50,851 nt of DNA from an uncultured Staphylococcaceae bacterium (GTDB lineage: Bacteria > Bacillota_I > Bacilli_A > ML615J-28 > CAG-313): NCBI GenBank assembly GCA_964384805.1, contig CAYLLO010000005.1, positions 1-50,851 on the forward strand, read 5' to 3'. The notes beneath the pieces were generated by a model. That model had not been told where the DNA came from. It made no database searches and saw nothing but the letters and a program-made list of their open reading frames with translations. Both the position numbers and the translations under genes were made by a program. Each line of letters begins with the position of its first letter. Position 1 is the stretch's first letter. Shown one piece after another: positions 20,784 through 31,878 of this stretch.

Positions 20784-21881
20784 TTATTCTGCCTCCTTAG
20801 GAGAATTAATCTTATGTTGAAAAATTTTGTTTTTAATTTTTTTAAACAATCCTAAGAACCAGTTCCATGAAAACTCTGAGGTTCCTAAAATTCCATTTGA
20901 TCTAAATAACATTATTAATACTAAAACCACACCATAGATAATTTTAGGATTACTACTAAAAAACTCAGGAACCCATGATTGCATACAGAACCAATATTCA
21001 TATAGAACAATAACCACTGATGCTAAAATAGAACCAGTTAACGAACCAAGTCCTCCTAATACAATGATAATTAAGAAGAGAATGGATCTATCTTGGCCAA
21101 ATGTTACAGGTTCATAAGTCATGTGATGGGCAAATAATGCCCCTGCAATACCTGTTAAGAAGGTTGCGAAAGTAAATGCTAACACTTTAGTTTTATTCAC
21201 TGGAACTCCACAGGCCTCAGCAGCAATATTATCATCACGACAAGCAAGAATATTTCTTCCATAGCGGGATTTCATAAACGTAAGAATCAAAAAAATGGTA
21301 ATCAAAAAGAAAATTGCATATAACAAAGGACTTCCACCTAAAAATTCTGTCATCCCAATACCATTTGACCCTCCAAATATTTTTTGGCCATTAATCGTAA
21401 AGTTTTTCGCAATATTAACCAATACTAAACCAATTCCTAGGGTTACAATTGCTAGATAATCCCCTTTTAAACGTCTTAAGGAAAATGTTCCCACTAAAAA
21501 ACCTATTAAGCCAGTAACGAGTCCTGCTATACTTACATCAATAAACGAAAAGACATACCCTAACAAATGGACTTCTTGTCCTCTAGTAGTATATATAAAC
21601 TCTTTAAAAAAACTTGCTCCACACATTTTATATAAAAATTGTTCTACTAAAACTGCTACTGTGTAACCAATTAATAAGAAACCTCCATGTCCTAAAACAA
21701 ATTCTCCTAAACATCCACAAATAATATTTAAGGCTAAAGCAGAAATAGAATATATTAAGACCCAGCTTACTAGGTTTCTTAAAGTTATTGCTCCTTCAAT
21801 AAATAATGAAAATGTAACCAATATCACTATGGCAATCAAATTACCAATTAAAATTTTTTTGTCCATTCTTTTAAATAGCAT
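20784..21881 (-). CDS. livM: Branched-chain amino acid ABC permease LivM
   Basis: LGHGGF, RLKGDYLAIVTLG, LGGLGSLTGSI. Confidence 0.9.
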   Translation of the reverse strand: MLFKRMDKKILIGNLIAIVILVTFSLFIEGAITLRNLVSWVLIYSISALALNIICGCLGEFVLGHGGFLLIGYTVAVLVEQFLYKMCGASFFKEFIYTTRGQEVHLLGYVFSFIDVSIAGLVTGLIGFLVGTFSLRRLKGDYLAIVTLGIGLVLVNIAKNFTINGQKIFGGSNGIGMTEFLGGSPLLYAIFFLITIFLILTFMKSRYGRNILACRDDNIAAEACGVPVNKTKVLAFTFATFLTGIAGALFAHHMTYEPVTFGQDRSILFLIIIVLGGLGSLTGSILASVVIVLYEYWFCMQSWVPEFFSSNPKIIYGVVLVLIMLFRSNGILGTSEFSWNWFLGLFKKIKNKIFQHKINSPKEAE

Positions 21882-21884
21882 CGA

Positions 21885-22763
21885 TTACACCTTCTCTCTT
21901 ATATCTTTTCCCAATATACCAGCTGGTTTAAATAGTAAAATAATTACAAATATCCCATAAATGATTACTTGTACCCATTCACCTACTCCTAAGACAGCTG
22001 TTAATTCACCGAGAATCCCAATTAAAAATCCTCCTACTACGGCTCCTGGCAAACTTCCTATCCCGCCAATTACCGCCGCTACAAATGGATATAATCCAAT
22101 TGTTTCAGAACCTAAAGTAAATCTAAAAAATGGAGATCTTAATAAGTAAATAATAACCCCAACAGCTGCTAATGCTGAACCAATAATAAAGGTTAAAGAA
22201 ATAATGAAATTATTATTAATTCCCATTAATTTAGCTGCTTCTTCATTTTCTGAAACAGCACGCATGGCAATCCCAACTTTAGTTTTTTTCACAAATAACG
22301 TTAAAAGCAACATTAAAACAGCTGTTGTAATCATCGAAATAATAAATGCCACATCATTAGTAAAAAACTTTGGCATCTCCATTTGTTTACTGTTTATCGC
22401 ATTTAGAATTCCACTTAAAATATAACTAATACCAATAGCGGTAATGAGAGCAGTGATTCTTGTTGAACCCTTTTTTCTAAGTGGTCGATAAGCAAACCTT
22501 TCAGTAATAAAGCCAATTATTACACAAACAATGATGGCTGCTAATAAACATAACACTAATGTTCCAATCGTTTTCCCTAAAATTGGTACTAATACTTTTT
22601 CAGCTAAATAATAAGCTACGAAGCCCCCAATAGTAATAAACTCGGAATGAGCAAAGTTTATCATTTTTACTATTCCATAAACCATCGAATACCCTAGTGC
22701 CATTAAAGCATATATACTACCCATTGCTAGTCCGTTTTTTAGTCCTTCCAAAAATAATTCCAT
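21885..22763 (-). CDS. livH: Branched-chain amino acid ABC permease LivH
   Basis: GSIYALMALGYSMVYGIVKMINFAH, AMRAVSEN, GGIGSLPGA; start moved to MELF because the upstream ATG lies in a stem-loop and AAGGA precedes 22763. Confidence 0.92.
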   Translation of the reverse strand: MELFLEGLKNGLAMGSIYALMALGYSMVYGIVKMINFAHSEFITIGGFVAYYLAEKVLVPILGKTIGTLVLCLLAAIIVCVIIGFITERFAYRPLRKKGSTRITALITAIGISYILSGILNAINSKQMEMPKFFTNDVAFIISMITTAVLMLLLTLFVKKTKVGIAMRAVSENEEAAKLMGINNNFIISLTFIIGSALAAVGVIIYLLRSPFFRFTLGSETIGLYPFVAAVIGGIGSLPGAVVGGFLIGILGELTAVLGVGEWVQVIIYGIFVIILLFKPAGILGKDIREKV

Positions 22764-22806
22764 AAGAATTCCTTTCCGAAAATAATCTTTTCTTAAATAT
22801 TCATAT

Positions 22807-22831
22807 AAGGCAGCATATCTCATGCTGCCTT
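22807..22831. terminator. Intra-operon stem-loop after livK
   Basis: AAGGCAGCAT-N5-ATGCTGCCTT perfect 10-bp stem. Confidence 0.7.
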
Positions 22832-22843
22832 TTTTGTCACACC

Positions 22844-24031
22844 TTATTTTGCTTCTACTTCTTTACCATCTTTAAAAGTAATAACAACAGCTTCTTTTTC
22901 TGGATTACCATCTTTGAAATTGAACCCTGATGCTGAGGTTACTAAACCTTCAAATGTCCCAGTAGTTAAAGCATCAACTACTTTATCATAATCTACTGAG
23001 CCAGCAATTTCAATGGCTTGTTTAGCAATATATACAGCATCATATGCTAATGCCGCAAAAGAAACAGGAGTTTCAGGAGTTCCATCAGCTTTTTTATATT
23101 TTTCTCCGTATGCTTGGACAAATGATTGAACATCCGCATTTTCAGAACCACCAAAATAGTGATTAGTATAGTAACAATTTGTTAAGAATGAGGCATCATC
23201 ACCTTCTTTAACTTGTTGAATTACTCCATCCCATCCATCTCCACCATAGCATACACCTTTATATCCTGCAGCATAACCTGTTTTTAAAATGTTATAAACA
23301 TTTTCATAATAATCTGGAATATATACACAATCAAATCCACCTGCTAAAACGGGAGCCCAATATGATGTAAAATCGGTAGTAGTTTTAGGATAACCAACGG
23401 CAGTTACTTCAAATCCTTGATTTGCAGCCTCAGCTACATAAGCATCTTTTAAGCCTACAGAATAGGCATCATCATTATTGAATAATACATATGTTTTAGT
23501 ATATCCAGCTTTTTTAGTATATTGAGCCATATACTTACCTTGATATGAATCATAGAAACATGCACGGAAAATATTTAATCTTTCTTCTCTTAAATCGCCT
23601 TTTTCACCAACTGTTAATTTGTCAGCAGTCCCTGTAGGAGTAATTACTGGAACCCCATATTTAACAGCTTCATTAATTAATCCTTCTGCAGCACCGCTAG
23701 TAACAGCACCAACCACAACATCTACTTTTTTAGCAATTAAACTAGTTAATCCTGTAGCTGCCTTCCCAGCATCTCCTTCGTCATTAATGAAATCAATTAA
23801 TTCTAATTCCATTTTTTTACCATTGACATCAACACCGCCAGCATTATTTATTTCTTCAATTGCTAATTCAATTCCTTTTTTAACTGCTTGTCCATAAATA
23901 CTTGCCGTACCACTTAAAGGTCCAGTAGATCCTATTTTAATGGTATTAGAACTATTACCTTTACATGCTGCAAGTCCCAAAAACATCGACGTTGCTAATA
24001 CTAAACTCATAACTTTTAAGATTTTTTTCAT
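22844..24031 (-). CDS. livK: Branched-chain amino acid binding lipoprotein
   Basis: Lipobox LAAC, IKIGSTGPLSG, EINNAGG, FRACFYDSYQG, ALAYDA. Confidence 0.9.
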   Translation of the reverse strand: MKKILKVMSLVLATSMFLGLAACKGNSSNTIKIGSTGPLSGTASIYGQAVKKGIELAIEEINNAGGVDVNGKKMELELIDFINDEGDAGKAATGLTSLIAKKVDVVVGAVTSGAAEGLINEAVKYGVPVITPTGTADKLTVGEKGDLREERLNIFRACFYDSYQGKYMAQYTKKAGYTKTYVLFNNDDAYSVGLKDAYVAEAANQGFEVTAVGYPKTTTDFTSYWAPVLAGGFDCVYIPDYYENVYNILKTGYAAGYKGVCYGGDGWDGVIQQVKEGDDASFLTNCYYTNHYFGGSENADVQSFVQAYGEKYKKADGTPETPVSFAALAYDAVYIAKQAIEIAGSVDYDKVVDALTTGTFEGLVTSASGFNFKDGNPEKEAVVITFKDGKEVEAK

Positions 24032-24147
24032 ATTCTATCCTCCATTGTTTTAAGTTAAATAAATAAATGCTTTTGCTAGAAAACAAAAACATTTAAAACT
24101 CCATTTTAGTTCCTGTATGCCTTAAATATTTAACTCTTTTTTATATC

Positions 24148-24202
24148 ATTATACTACTATAGAATAATGATATCAAGATTTTTGTCAATGAAAACGCTTA
24201 TT
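24148..24202 (-). promoter_or_regulatory. liv promoter with upstream LacI/CcpA-like site
   Basis: TTGATA-17-TATAAT at 24176-24148; TGAAAACGCTTATT at 24189-24202 resembles a cre site. Confidence 0.5.
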
Positions 24203-24220
24203 TTTTTCAAAAAAGCTTAA

Positions 24221-24248
24221 AAAATGACCAACAAAAGTTGGCCATTTT
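24221..24248 (-). terminator. Terminator after the LRR lipoprotein gene
   Basis: AAAATGGCCAAC-TTTT-GTTGGTCATTTT on the minus strand. Confidence 0.75.
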
Positions 24249-24251
24249 GTA

Positions 24252-26282
24252 CTAATTTACAATATAAATATTCCAGAATGTTGGTCGTTCATTAGGATTC
24301 CAGTTTTTATCCCAACCATCTGGTTGTTTTTTTGCCTCACAAGCAATTACTAAAATATCACAATTTTTAAATGCTTCGGAACCGATATATGTTATATATT
24401 TAGATAATTCTATTCTTTGTAAATTTTTACATCCTACAAATGCTTGTTCTCCAATACTTGTTACACTATCTGGAATAATAATTTCTTTCAAGTTAATACA
24501 ATTAGCAAATGCTTCGTTTCCCATGGCTGTTACTTTTTTAGATAGGACAATCTTTTGTAAATTGTCACAATCTGCAAATGCTCGATCTTCTATCAAAGTA
24601 ATCGTATCCGGTAAAGTTATCGTTGTAAGATGGTAATTACCAGCAAAGGCTCCTTTTCCAATAATTTCAATATCATTTGGAATATTCCCATCTGGGCTAG
24701 CAAGAATTAATTTTTTAGTTGCTTTTTCCACAATGCATCCATCTACAACTTCATATTTAGGATTATCTTTGTCGATAGTAATACTAGCAAGAGAGGTGAA
24801 CCCTTCAAAGGCCCCTTCTAGTTCTACAAGATTTTTAGAGATTTCTAGTTTTGACACCATTATACAGCCAGTAAAAGCCTTAGGCATAATAGTAGTAACA
24901 CTATCAGGAATATCAATCTCAGTTAACATATCACATCCGGCAAATGCTCCGCTAGCAATTTGTATCGTACCTTCAGGAATAACACTATTTCTTCCCCCTA
25001 AAATTAGAGTATCATCATCTTTTAAAATTAAACAATTATTTTTACTATAATATGTTGGGTTAAGATCATCAACTTCAATTATTAAAATATTTCCACAACC
25101 TTCAAAGGCATCATCAGCAATTGTTACAACACTACTTGGTAAATTAATAATTGTAACCCCTACACGATCCTTAAAAGCTTTACTTTTAATTTCCACAACA
25201 CCTTCAGGGATTGTCGCATTAGCTGAACCAGCTAATAAAGTTTTAGTTTCACGATCAATTAAGCAATTATTTTCTAGTTTTAGATAAGGATTAGCTACAT
25301 CTAAAATAAAGTTTTGTAAATGGGTACATCCATCAAACGCTCCTTCTTCAATTACAGCAATATTTATCGGAATACAAATCGTATTGACATATTGAGCATT
25401 TCTAAAGGCTCCTTCTAGAATACCTACTACATAACTATTATTATACATAACAGGAATAACCACATTAGGAGAAGTAATCGTTCCTACATTAGATAAATAA
25501 TATTCTCCATCAATGTTTTTAAATTCCATACCTCCATCAACTTCTACTTCTTTACATCTTACGCAAACTCCATTCACATAATTGTGTCCTAGAGGACTAA
25601 CTGGTTGAGATTGATAGATATCTTTATCACACCAACTACAATGACCCAAACCTATTAATCCTGCCGTTGTACATGTCGGTTCTGTATAATCACTATTTAC
25701 AATATGGTGTTCTAATTTAGCAATTTTTTCTTCTCTAACTGCTTTACAAATACTACATGTTACCTTTTGTAACCCTGTTTGCTCACAAGATGGAGCAACG
25801 GTAATATTCGGTTTACCCCATACATGTCCTGTGGCAGCAACAACTTGTTGCTCAACAATTATTGTTCCACATCTTTCACAATGACTACCTTCTGATAATC
25901 CGGCTTCATGACATGTCGCATTAATGGCTATATCAATTACCACTTTATGTTCTAAAGTAGGAATTTTTTGTTCAACTACCTTTTCACAAGTTGTACATTT
26001 AAAACGCATTAAGCCTTCTGATGAACAAGTGGCCTCAGTCACTATTTCTCCTTCATCAAAGGTATGAGCCGTTTTATTTAGTTTTATTATTTCTTTTTCA
26101 TCACAACCCGTACAATGACGTTCTAACAAACCCTCTTCTTTACATGTGGCACTTTTTTGAGTGGTCCAACTACTCCATTCATGGATGTGTTCTGTTTCTG
26201 TTTTTTCTTCACCACATGAGGTTAGGCTAAATAGCATAATCAAAACAATAACTATCTTGTAAAGTACATTATTTCTTTTCAT
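24252..26282 (-). CDS. Surface lipoprotein with His/Cys-rich repeats and BspA-type leucine-rich repeats
   Basis: Lipobox LTSC; repeated ATC-x3-G-x4/5-C-x2-C...H units; LRR units such as IIIPDSVTSIGEQAFVGCKNL. Confidence 0.88.
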   Translation of the reverse strand: MKRNNVLYKIVIVLIMLFSLTSCGEEKTETEHIHEWSSWTTQKSATCKEEGLLERHCTGCDEKEIIKLNKTAHTFDEGEIVTEATCSSEGLMRFKCTTCEKVVEQKIPTLEHKVVIDIAINATCHEAGLSEGSHCERCGTIIVEQQVVAATGHVWGKPNITVAPSCEQTGLQKVTCSICKAVREEKIAKLEHHIVNSDYTEPTCTTAGLIGLGHCSWCDKDIYQSQPVSPLGHNYVNGVCVRCKEVEVDGGMEFKNIDGEYYLSNVGTITSPNVVIPVMYNNSYVVGILEGAFRNAQYVNTICIPINIAVIEEGAFDGCTHLQNFILDVANPYLKLENNCLIDRETKTLLAGSANATIPEGVVEIKSKAFKDRVGVTIINLPSSVVTIADDAFEGCGNILIIEVDDLNPTYYSKNNCLILKDDDTLILGGRNSVIPEGTIQIASGAFAGCDMLTEIDIPDSVTTIMPKAFTGCIMVSKLEISKNLVELEGAFEGFTSLASITIDKDNPKYEVVDGCIVEKATKKLILASPDGNIPNDIEIIGKGAFAGNYHLTTITLPDTITLIEDRAFADCDNLQKIVLSKKVTAMGNEAFANCINLKEIIIPDSVTSIGEQAFVGCKNLQRIELSKYITYIGSEAFKNCDILVIACEAKKQPDGWDKNWNPNERPTFWNIYIVN

Positions 26283-27936
26283 TAGCTGTTTCTCCTTTCT
26301 TAATTAAGTCTTTAAATATAGCAGCTGGTCTAACCCCAATATTAGTATCAGAAACCATGCTATCAAAAACTACCCCATATGTTGATACGGCTAAAGCCTT
26401 TCCTAATGCATCGCTTGACGGAGAGCGTAACCACCATTCACCATTCATAGAATAGTTATCAACTCTAACCCCTTTAGCAATAGCATAATCAGAAACCCCA
26501 CACTTTCCACCATTTAATAGTTTACTATATACATCAGTATATTCAACATAAGATAATAAATAAAAGAAGGTTGTAAAATTATTACAAGCATATTCATTAT
26601 TATCTTTACCAGTTGTTGGAGCACTATTATCTAATTTATCAATCATTTGAACAATATCTAGTGGTTCTTTAAATGCTTTAGTAGCAAAATTATTATTTTT
26701 AAATTTAATTTCCCCATTTAACCATCCTGAAATATCAGAATATTCATAGTTATTAGGTAATACACTAGTATATTCAAGATTAGCTTTGGCATTTTCATAA
26801 TAAGCCATTGAATCTAAAATAATATTTGTAATAACAATACCCTTTTTTTCATCAAGAATACGCCATAAAATTGGGTCTACTCTAAAATAGTATGTTTTGC
26901 CATCTTCTAATTTTTCACCATTATTAAATAAAGAATTATTTTTTTCCGCTTTATAAACTACTTTCGTATATTGGCTTCCATTATATTCTAAATAACCCCG
27001 TTCATTAGTTGTAGTAAGTTTGGCTAATTCAGTTATTAAAGAGGCATTTGAGACTAATGATTGAGGATATTCCCCTTGATATAGATATTTAATACCATTT
27101 TCTTCTTTTTCTTTATCCCATTTAGCTATTAATTCTACATCTTCGGTAATATTCCATGGTTTTAATCCATTACCAAATTCATCCGTAATTTGTTGAGAAC
27201 CTAAATACCATCCTCTAAAGAAAACATATTCATTAGTGACGGGCACTTCAATAGTAAATACTTGATTATCTTTAAGTACTACTTCACTATTATTTACATA
27301 TCCACCCTTAGCATCTAAAGTTACACTATATCCTTCTAATACCCACTTAGCATATACTGTCATATCTTCAGTTATCACAACTTTAGTTGCTAGTTTGCTG
27401 GCCTCATCAAAAGTTGAGGTCGTAAACCATCCAGCAAATCGATAATTTTCTTTATTAGGAACAGGAAGATTAATTTGGGTTCCTTCTACATATGTAGCAG
27501 TAACTTTATCAAGAGTTCCTCCATTAGCCTCAAAAGTAACAACTAAGTTTTTCAACTCTTGTTCCCTAGTTCCACAATTAGAACATAATCCTCCAACAAA
27601 CTTGTGTCCTGTTTGAGGAATGCTTTCAGTTTGAATATCTTTACAATGAACACAAGCAAGGATTTTAACCCCTGTAGTAGTACACCCGGGTTCAACAATT
27701 ATTTGTCCCTCATCATATTCATGTTCTAATTTAGCAATTGTTTCTCTTTCATATTGTGGACATTCTTTACAATCACGTCCCTTTAATCCTTCAGCTGTAC
27801 ATGTAGCAGGATTTAAAACTTCCCACTCTTTCCATGAATGAACATGTTCTTCTTCAACGACTTGTTTTTTACATGATGTCAAGAATACTGCTGATGAAAT
27901 TATTAATATAGTTAATATTATTTTTATTTTTTTCAT
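26269..27936 (-). CDS. Surface lipoprotein with Cys repeats, InlB B-repeats and DUF6273-like C-terminal domain
   Basis: Lipobox LTSC; VTFEANGG...YRFAGWF...VYAKW repeats; GEYPQS, DPILWRIL, WWLRSP...IGVRPA. Confidence 0.82.
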   Translation of the reverse strand: MKKIKIILTILIISSAVFLTSCKKQVVEEEHVHSWKEWEVLNPATCTAEGLKGRDCKECPQYERETIAKLEHEYDEGQIIVEPGCTTTGVKILACVHCKDIQTESIPQTGHKFVGGLCSNCGTREQELKNLVVTFEANGGTLDKVTATYVEGTQINLPVPNKENYRFAGWFTTSTFDEASKLATKVVITEDMTVYAKWVLEGYSVTLDAKGGYVNNSEVVLKDNQVFTIEVPVTNEYVFFRGWYLGSQQITDEFGNGLKPWNITEDVELIAKWDKEKEENGIKYLYQGEYPQSLVSNASLITELAKLTTTNERGYLEYNGSQYTKVVYKAEKNNSLFNNGEKLEDGKTYYFRVDPILWRILDEKKGIVITNIILDSMAYYENAKANLEYTSVLPNNYEYSDISGWLNGEIKFKNNNFATKAFKEPLDIVQMIDKLDNSAPTTGKDNNEYACNNFTTFFYLLSYVEYTDVYSKLLNGGKCGVSDYAIAKGVRVDNYSMNGEWWLRSPSSDALGKALAVSTYGVVFDSMVSDTNIGVRPAAIFKDLIKKGETANEKK

Positions 27937-28001
27937 TTTGCCTCCTCCTTGTCTTGTCCTTATTTTATCATAGTTTTACATAAAAGTAAAGATTTTTAGA
28001 T

Positions 28002-28035
28002 AAAAACACTAACCACTTTTTTGATTAGTGTTTTT
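28002..28035 (-). terminator. Terminator of the suf operon
   Basis: AAAAACACTAA...TTAGTGTTTTT inverted repeat after the sufB stop. Confidence 0.75.
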
Positions 28036-28041
28036 GTTTTT

Positions 28042-29445
28042 TTAACCAATTGAACCGCTCATTTCTAATTTGATTAATTGATTCAATTCTACCGCATATT
28101 CCATTGGTAATTCTTTAGCAAATGGCTCAATAAACCCCATAATAATCATTTCTGTTGCTTGGGCTTCTGTTAAGCCTCTACTCATTAAATAAAATAATTG
28201 GTCATCATTAACTTTAGAAACCGTTGCTTCATGTTCAATATATGATGAATTATTTTGAACCATATTTAGAGGGATAGTATCACTAGTTGAAATATCATCC
28301 AAAATTAATGTATCACATTCAACATGGGATTTTGCGTCAAGGGCTTTTTTTGAATGACGAACTGTTCCCCGATAATTAACTTTTCCTCCCCCTCGACAAA
28401 TTGATTTAGAAATAATTTGACTAGTAGTATTCGGTGCTAAGTGAATCATTTTAGCCCCTGTATCTTGATATTGCCCACTATTGGCGAAAGCAATAGAGAC
28501 GGTTGTCCCTTTAGCGTATGGTCCTGCTAAAATGCATGCCGGATATTTCATATTAATCATTGAACCAATATTACCATCAATCCATTCCATATGACCTGAC
28601 TCTTCCACATATGCTCTTTTAGTAACCAAATTAACAATATTGTTAGACCAATTTTGAACCGTTGAATAACGACAATATCCACCTTTTTTAATATATATTT
28701 CCACCACTGCCGCGTGAAGAGAATCTTTAGAATATTTAGGAGCAGTACATCCTTCAACATAGTGAACACTAGCTCCTTCGTCAACAATAATTAGCGTTCT
28801 TTCAAATTGTCCCATTTGTTCGGTATTAATCCGGAAATATGATTGAAGTGGTTTTTCAATCTTTACCCCTTTAGGAATATAGATAAATGAGCCTCCACTC
28901 CATACTGCCGTATTTAAGGCTGAAAACATATTATCTGCAACTGGTACGACTTTCGCAAAATATTCTTTAAAAAGTTCGGGATAACGTCTTAATGCGGTAT
29001 CAGTATCACAAAATAAAACTCCTAAATCTTCCAATTCTTTAATAGTATTATGATATACAACTTCTGATTCAAATTGCGTAGAAACACCTGCTAAATACTT
29101 TTGTTCCGCTTCGCGAATTCCTAGTTTATCAAAAGTATCTTTAATATTTTCTGGGACTTCATCCCAATTTGATTCCGTTTTTTCACTTGATTTAATATAA
29201 TAAATATATTCATCAAAATTTAAATCTTTAATATATGGTCCAAATGTTGGCCAGTTTTGTTTTTCAAATTCTTTATAGGCTTTTATTCTAATTTCTTCCA
29301 TCCAAGCGGGTTCATTTTTCATCTTTGAAATTGTTCTAACAACTTCTTCATTAATTCCTCTCCCAGTATCGAAGACATTTTTAACATCTGTTGTGAAACC
29401 ATATTTATAATCAGTACCAAGGTTTTTTAAGCGATCATTATTCAT
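28042..29445 (-). CDS. sufB: Fe-S cluster assembly protein SufB
   Basis: [37 protein letters not shown]; start at MNND. Confidence 0.96.
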   Translation of the reverse strand: MNNDRLKNLGTDYKYGFTTDVKNVFDTGRGINEEVVRTISKMKNEPAWMEEIRIKAYKEFEKQNWPTFGPYIKDLNFDEYIYYIKSSEKTESNWDEVPENIKDTFDKLGIREAEQKYLAGVSTQFESEVVYHNTIKELEDLGVLFCDTDTALRRYPELFKEYFAKVVPVADNMFSALNTAVWSGGSFIYIPKGVKIEKPLQSYFRINTEQMGQFERTLIIVDEGASVHYVEGCTAPKYSKDSLHAAVVEIYIKKGGYCRYSTVQNWSNNIVNLVTKRAYVEESGHMEWIDGNIGSMINMKYPACILAGPYAKGTTVSIAFANSGQYQDTGAKMIHLAPNTTSQIISKSICRGGGKVNYRGTVRHSKKALDAKSHVECDTLILDDISTSDTIPLNMVQNNSSYIEHEATVSKVNDDQLFYLMSRGLTEAQATEMIIMGFIEPFAKELPMEYAVELNQLIKLEMSGSIG

Positions 29446-29890
29446 GAATATCTTTAACCCCCTCTTCACCGATTAGTAAAGCTCCAAGTGCCTTCCATGC
29501 GAGAGTTGCACACTTAACCCGTGCTGGAAATTGACTTACCCCAACAAAAGCCATAGCCTCATCTAATGTTTCTTCATCATGTGGTGCTTCACCTTTAATT
29601 AAAGAATAGAAATCTTCAACTAAGGCTTCTGCTTCCTGGATTGTTTTACCTTTTATTACTTCACTCATTACTGAAGCACTAGAACAGCAAATACTACAAC
29701 CAGAGCCATCATGTAATACTTCTTCAACAATATTATCTTTGGTTCTTATTTGAATTGTTACATCATCTCCACAACTAGGATTTTTTAAGCGAAGTCTACG
29801 ATATTCTGCTCCTTCTTTTAATCCTTTATTGCGGGGATTTTTATAATGTTCGACAATTACTTGACGATATAAATCGTTTATTGAGTTCAT
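29438..29890 (-). CDS. sufU: SUF sulfur-transfer protein SufU
   Basis: [34 protein letters not shown]; ATGA overlap with sufS. Confidence 0.95.
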   Translation of the reverse strand: MNSINDLYRQVIVEHYKNPRNKGLKEGAEYRRLRLKNPSCGDDVTIQIRTKDNIVEEVLHDGSGCSICCSSASVMSEVIKGKTIQEAEALVEDFYSLIKGEAPHDEETLDEAMAFVGVSQFPARVKCATLAWKALGALLIGEEGVKDIHE

Positions 29891-31101
29891 ATATTCCACT
29901 CCTTAAAATATTCTGCTGCTTGTTTAACGGCATTAATAAACACCTCAACATCACGTTCATCATTATATAAATAGAACGATGCTCTTAACGTACCAACACA
30001 TCCAAGCCACGAAGTTATTAATTGTGCACAATGATGACCAGCACGTAATGCAACATTATTTTGATCAAAAATAGTTGCGGCATCATGGGGATGAATACCC
30101 TTAATGTTAAATGATATGACTCCCGTTTCACATGTTTTGTTATATACGGTAATTCCCTCAATTTCTTTTAATCCTGCCATCGCAAGTTGCATTAATTTTT
30201 GTTCATGATGGTGAATGTTATCCATTCCTATTTTTTCTAAATAATAGATTGCTTCCTTAAATGCAATTACTTCACTAATTAATGGAGTTCCAGCTTCAAA
30301 TTTATAGGGAGCATCTTTAAATGTTGAATCATACTTTTCAACATAATCATTCATATCACCACCAAATTCAATGGGTTTCATACTATTTAATAAATCATAT
30401 TTACCATACAAAACTCCCAGTCCTGATGGACCTAACATTTTATGAGCTGAAAAGGCTAGAAAATCTACATTTAACGCTTTTACATCAATGGAAAAATGAG
30501 GTGCCGCTTGAGCAGCATCAACAATAACAACTGCCTTAACATTATGGGCCAAGTCAATTATTTCTTTAATTGGCGAAATATATCCCATAACATTTGAGAC
30601 ATAAGTTAAAGCTACAACCTTAGTTTTAGAAGTTAAAACTTTTTTAAAGTTTTCTATGGTAATTCTTCCTTCATTATCTAAAGGTATAAAAACCAGTTTG
30701 GCTTTTTTTTCTTTCACAATTTCTTGCCATGGCATAACACTACTATGATGCTCAAGTTCACTAACGATAATTTCATCACCTTCATTAATGTTTTCCATCC
30801 CATAGCTAGAGGCAACTAAATTTAATGCGGAAGTCGCACCCTTAGTGAAAACAATCTCTTTTGTTTTAGCATTTATGAATCTCGCAACAACTTCTCTTGT
30901 TTTTTCATATTCATTAGTTGCTTTATAACTTAATCCATAAACTCCCCGATGAACATTAACCCCATATTCTTCATAATACTCTTTTATTTTATGAATGACA
31001 CATGCTGGCTTTAAGCTTGAAGCAGCACTATCTAAATAAGTAAGACTAGGATTATTTATTAAAATGGGAAAGTCTTTTTTGATACTTTTGGTATCTAACA
31101 T
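29887..31101 (-). CDS. sufS: Cysteine desulfurase SufS
   Basis: YLDSAASS, SAHKMLGP PLP lysine, RAGHHCAQ. Confidence 0.96.
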   Translation of the reverse strand: MLDTKSIKKDFPILINNPSLTYLDSAASSLKPACVIHKIKEYYEEYGVNVHRGVYGLSYKATNEYEKTREVVARFINAKTKEIVFTKGATSALNLVASSYGMENINEGDEIIVSELEHHSSVMPWQEIVKEKKAKLVFIPLDNEGRITIENFKKVLTSKTKVVALTYVSNVMGYISPIKEIIDLAHNVKAVVIVDAAQAAPHFSIDVKALNVDFLAFSAHKMLGPSGLGVLYGKYDLLNSMKPIEFGGDMNDYVEKYDSTFKDAPYKFEAGTPLISEVIAFKEAIYYLEKIGMDNIHHHEQKLMQLAMAGLKEIEGITVYNKTCETGVISFNIKGIHPHDAATIFDQNNVALRAGHHCAQLITSWLGCVGTLRASFYLYNDERDVEVFINAVKQAAEYFKEWNI

Positions 31102-31109
31102 AAAATCAC

Positions 31110-31877
31110 CTACTTTAATTTTTCAGAAAACTCTTTTAAAATTCCTTGTTTAATTTCTTCAATCTTGTTATCATAGCTAGTTGAAATTTTATCAACTAGA
31201 GGATTAATAAATCCTAATACCACGATTTTTCTTGCTTCAGCCTCAGGTAAACCACGACTCATAAGATAGAATAAATCATCTTTATTGATATTACCAACTG
31301 ATGCTGAGTGCGATGCTTCTACATCATATTCATCAATATATAGATTTGGCTGTGCTTTAATCGTCGAATTAGCACTTAAATTTAATCCTTTGGCTTTTTG
31401 ATGGGCAATTGACTTATGGCATCCATTTTTAATAGTTGCATTATTATCTAAAGTTAAGCACGCATTATCTAACGCAATCGCATAAGTTTCAAGTTCTGAC
31501 TCAGTAGCTTTAAAATTATGATAGATATGAATTAAACTATTAACTTTAGCATCACCATATCCTAAGCAAACATTTAATACTTCTACTTTAGATGTCTCAT
31601 CTTCTAAAATAATTTGTTCATTAATCGCAACATCTTGACCACTAATAACCATATTATAAATTACTAGTTGAGCTCCTTTTTTAAGATTTGCTTTCAAATT
31701 TACTTCGGCAATATTTCCGTTATTAAATGTTAATAATTCTAATTTACTACTTTCAGCAAGAGATAAATTAAATTCATCAACTGAACAATCTAAACTTTGA
31801 TAACAAATAGCTCTTTCATCTTTTACTAAAGATTTTCGGAAAACCCCATTTGTTTTAATTACTTGGATATTTTCCAT
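31110..31877 (-). CDS. sufD: SufD-like protein (short form)
   Basis: [27 protein letters not shown]; position between sufC and sufS. Confidence 0.88.
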   Translation of the reverse strand: MENIQVIKTNGVFRKSLVKDERAICYQSLDCSVDEFNLSLAESSKLELLTFNNGNIAEVNLKANLKKGAQLVIYNMVISGQDVAINEQIILEDETSKVEVLNVCLGYGDAKVNSLIHIYHNFKATESELETYAIALDNACLTLDNNATIKNGCHKSIAHQKAKGLNLSANSTIKAQPNLYIDEYDVEASHSASVGNINKDDLFYLMSRGLPEAEARKIVVLGFINPLVDKISTSYDNKIEEIKQGILKEFSEKLK

Positions 31878-31878
31878 A

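Noticed and set aside
26269-26460. DUF6273-like C-terminus (WWLRSP...GVRPA) as a diversity-generating retroelement target
   Set aside because: No reverse transcriptase and no adenine-variant template repeat seen in the window; cannot be excluded in trans.
31110-31877. Short SufD as a pseudogene
   Set aside because: ORF is intact, tightly spaced in the operon and keeps the conserved C-terminal motifs.
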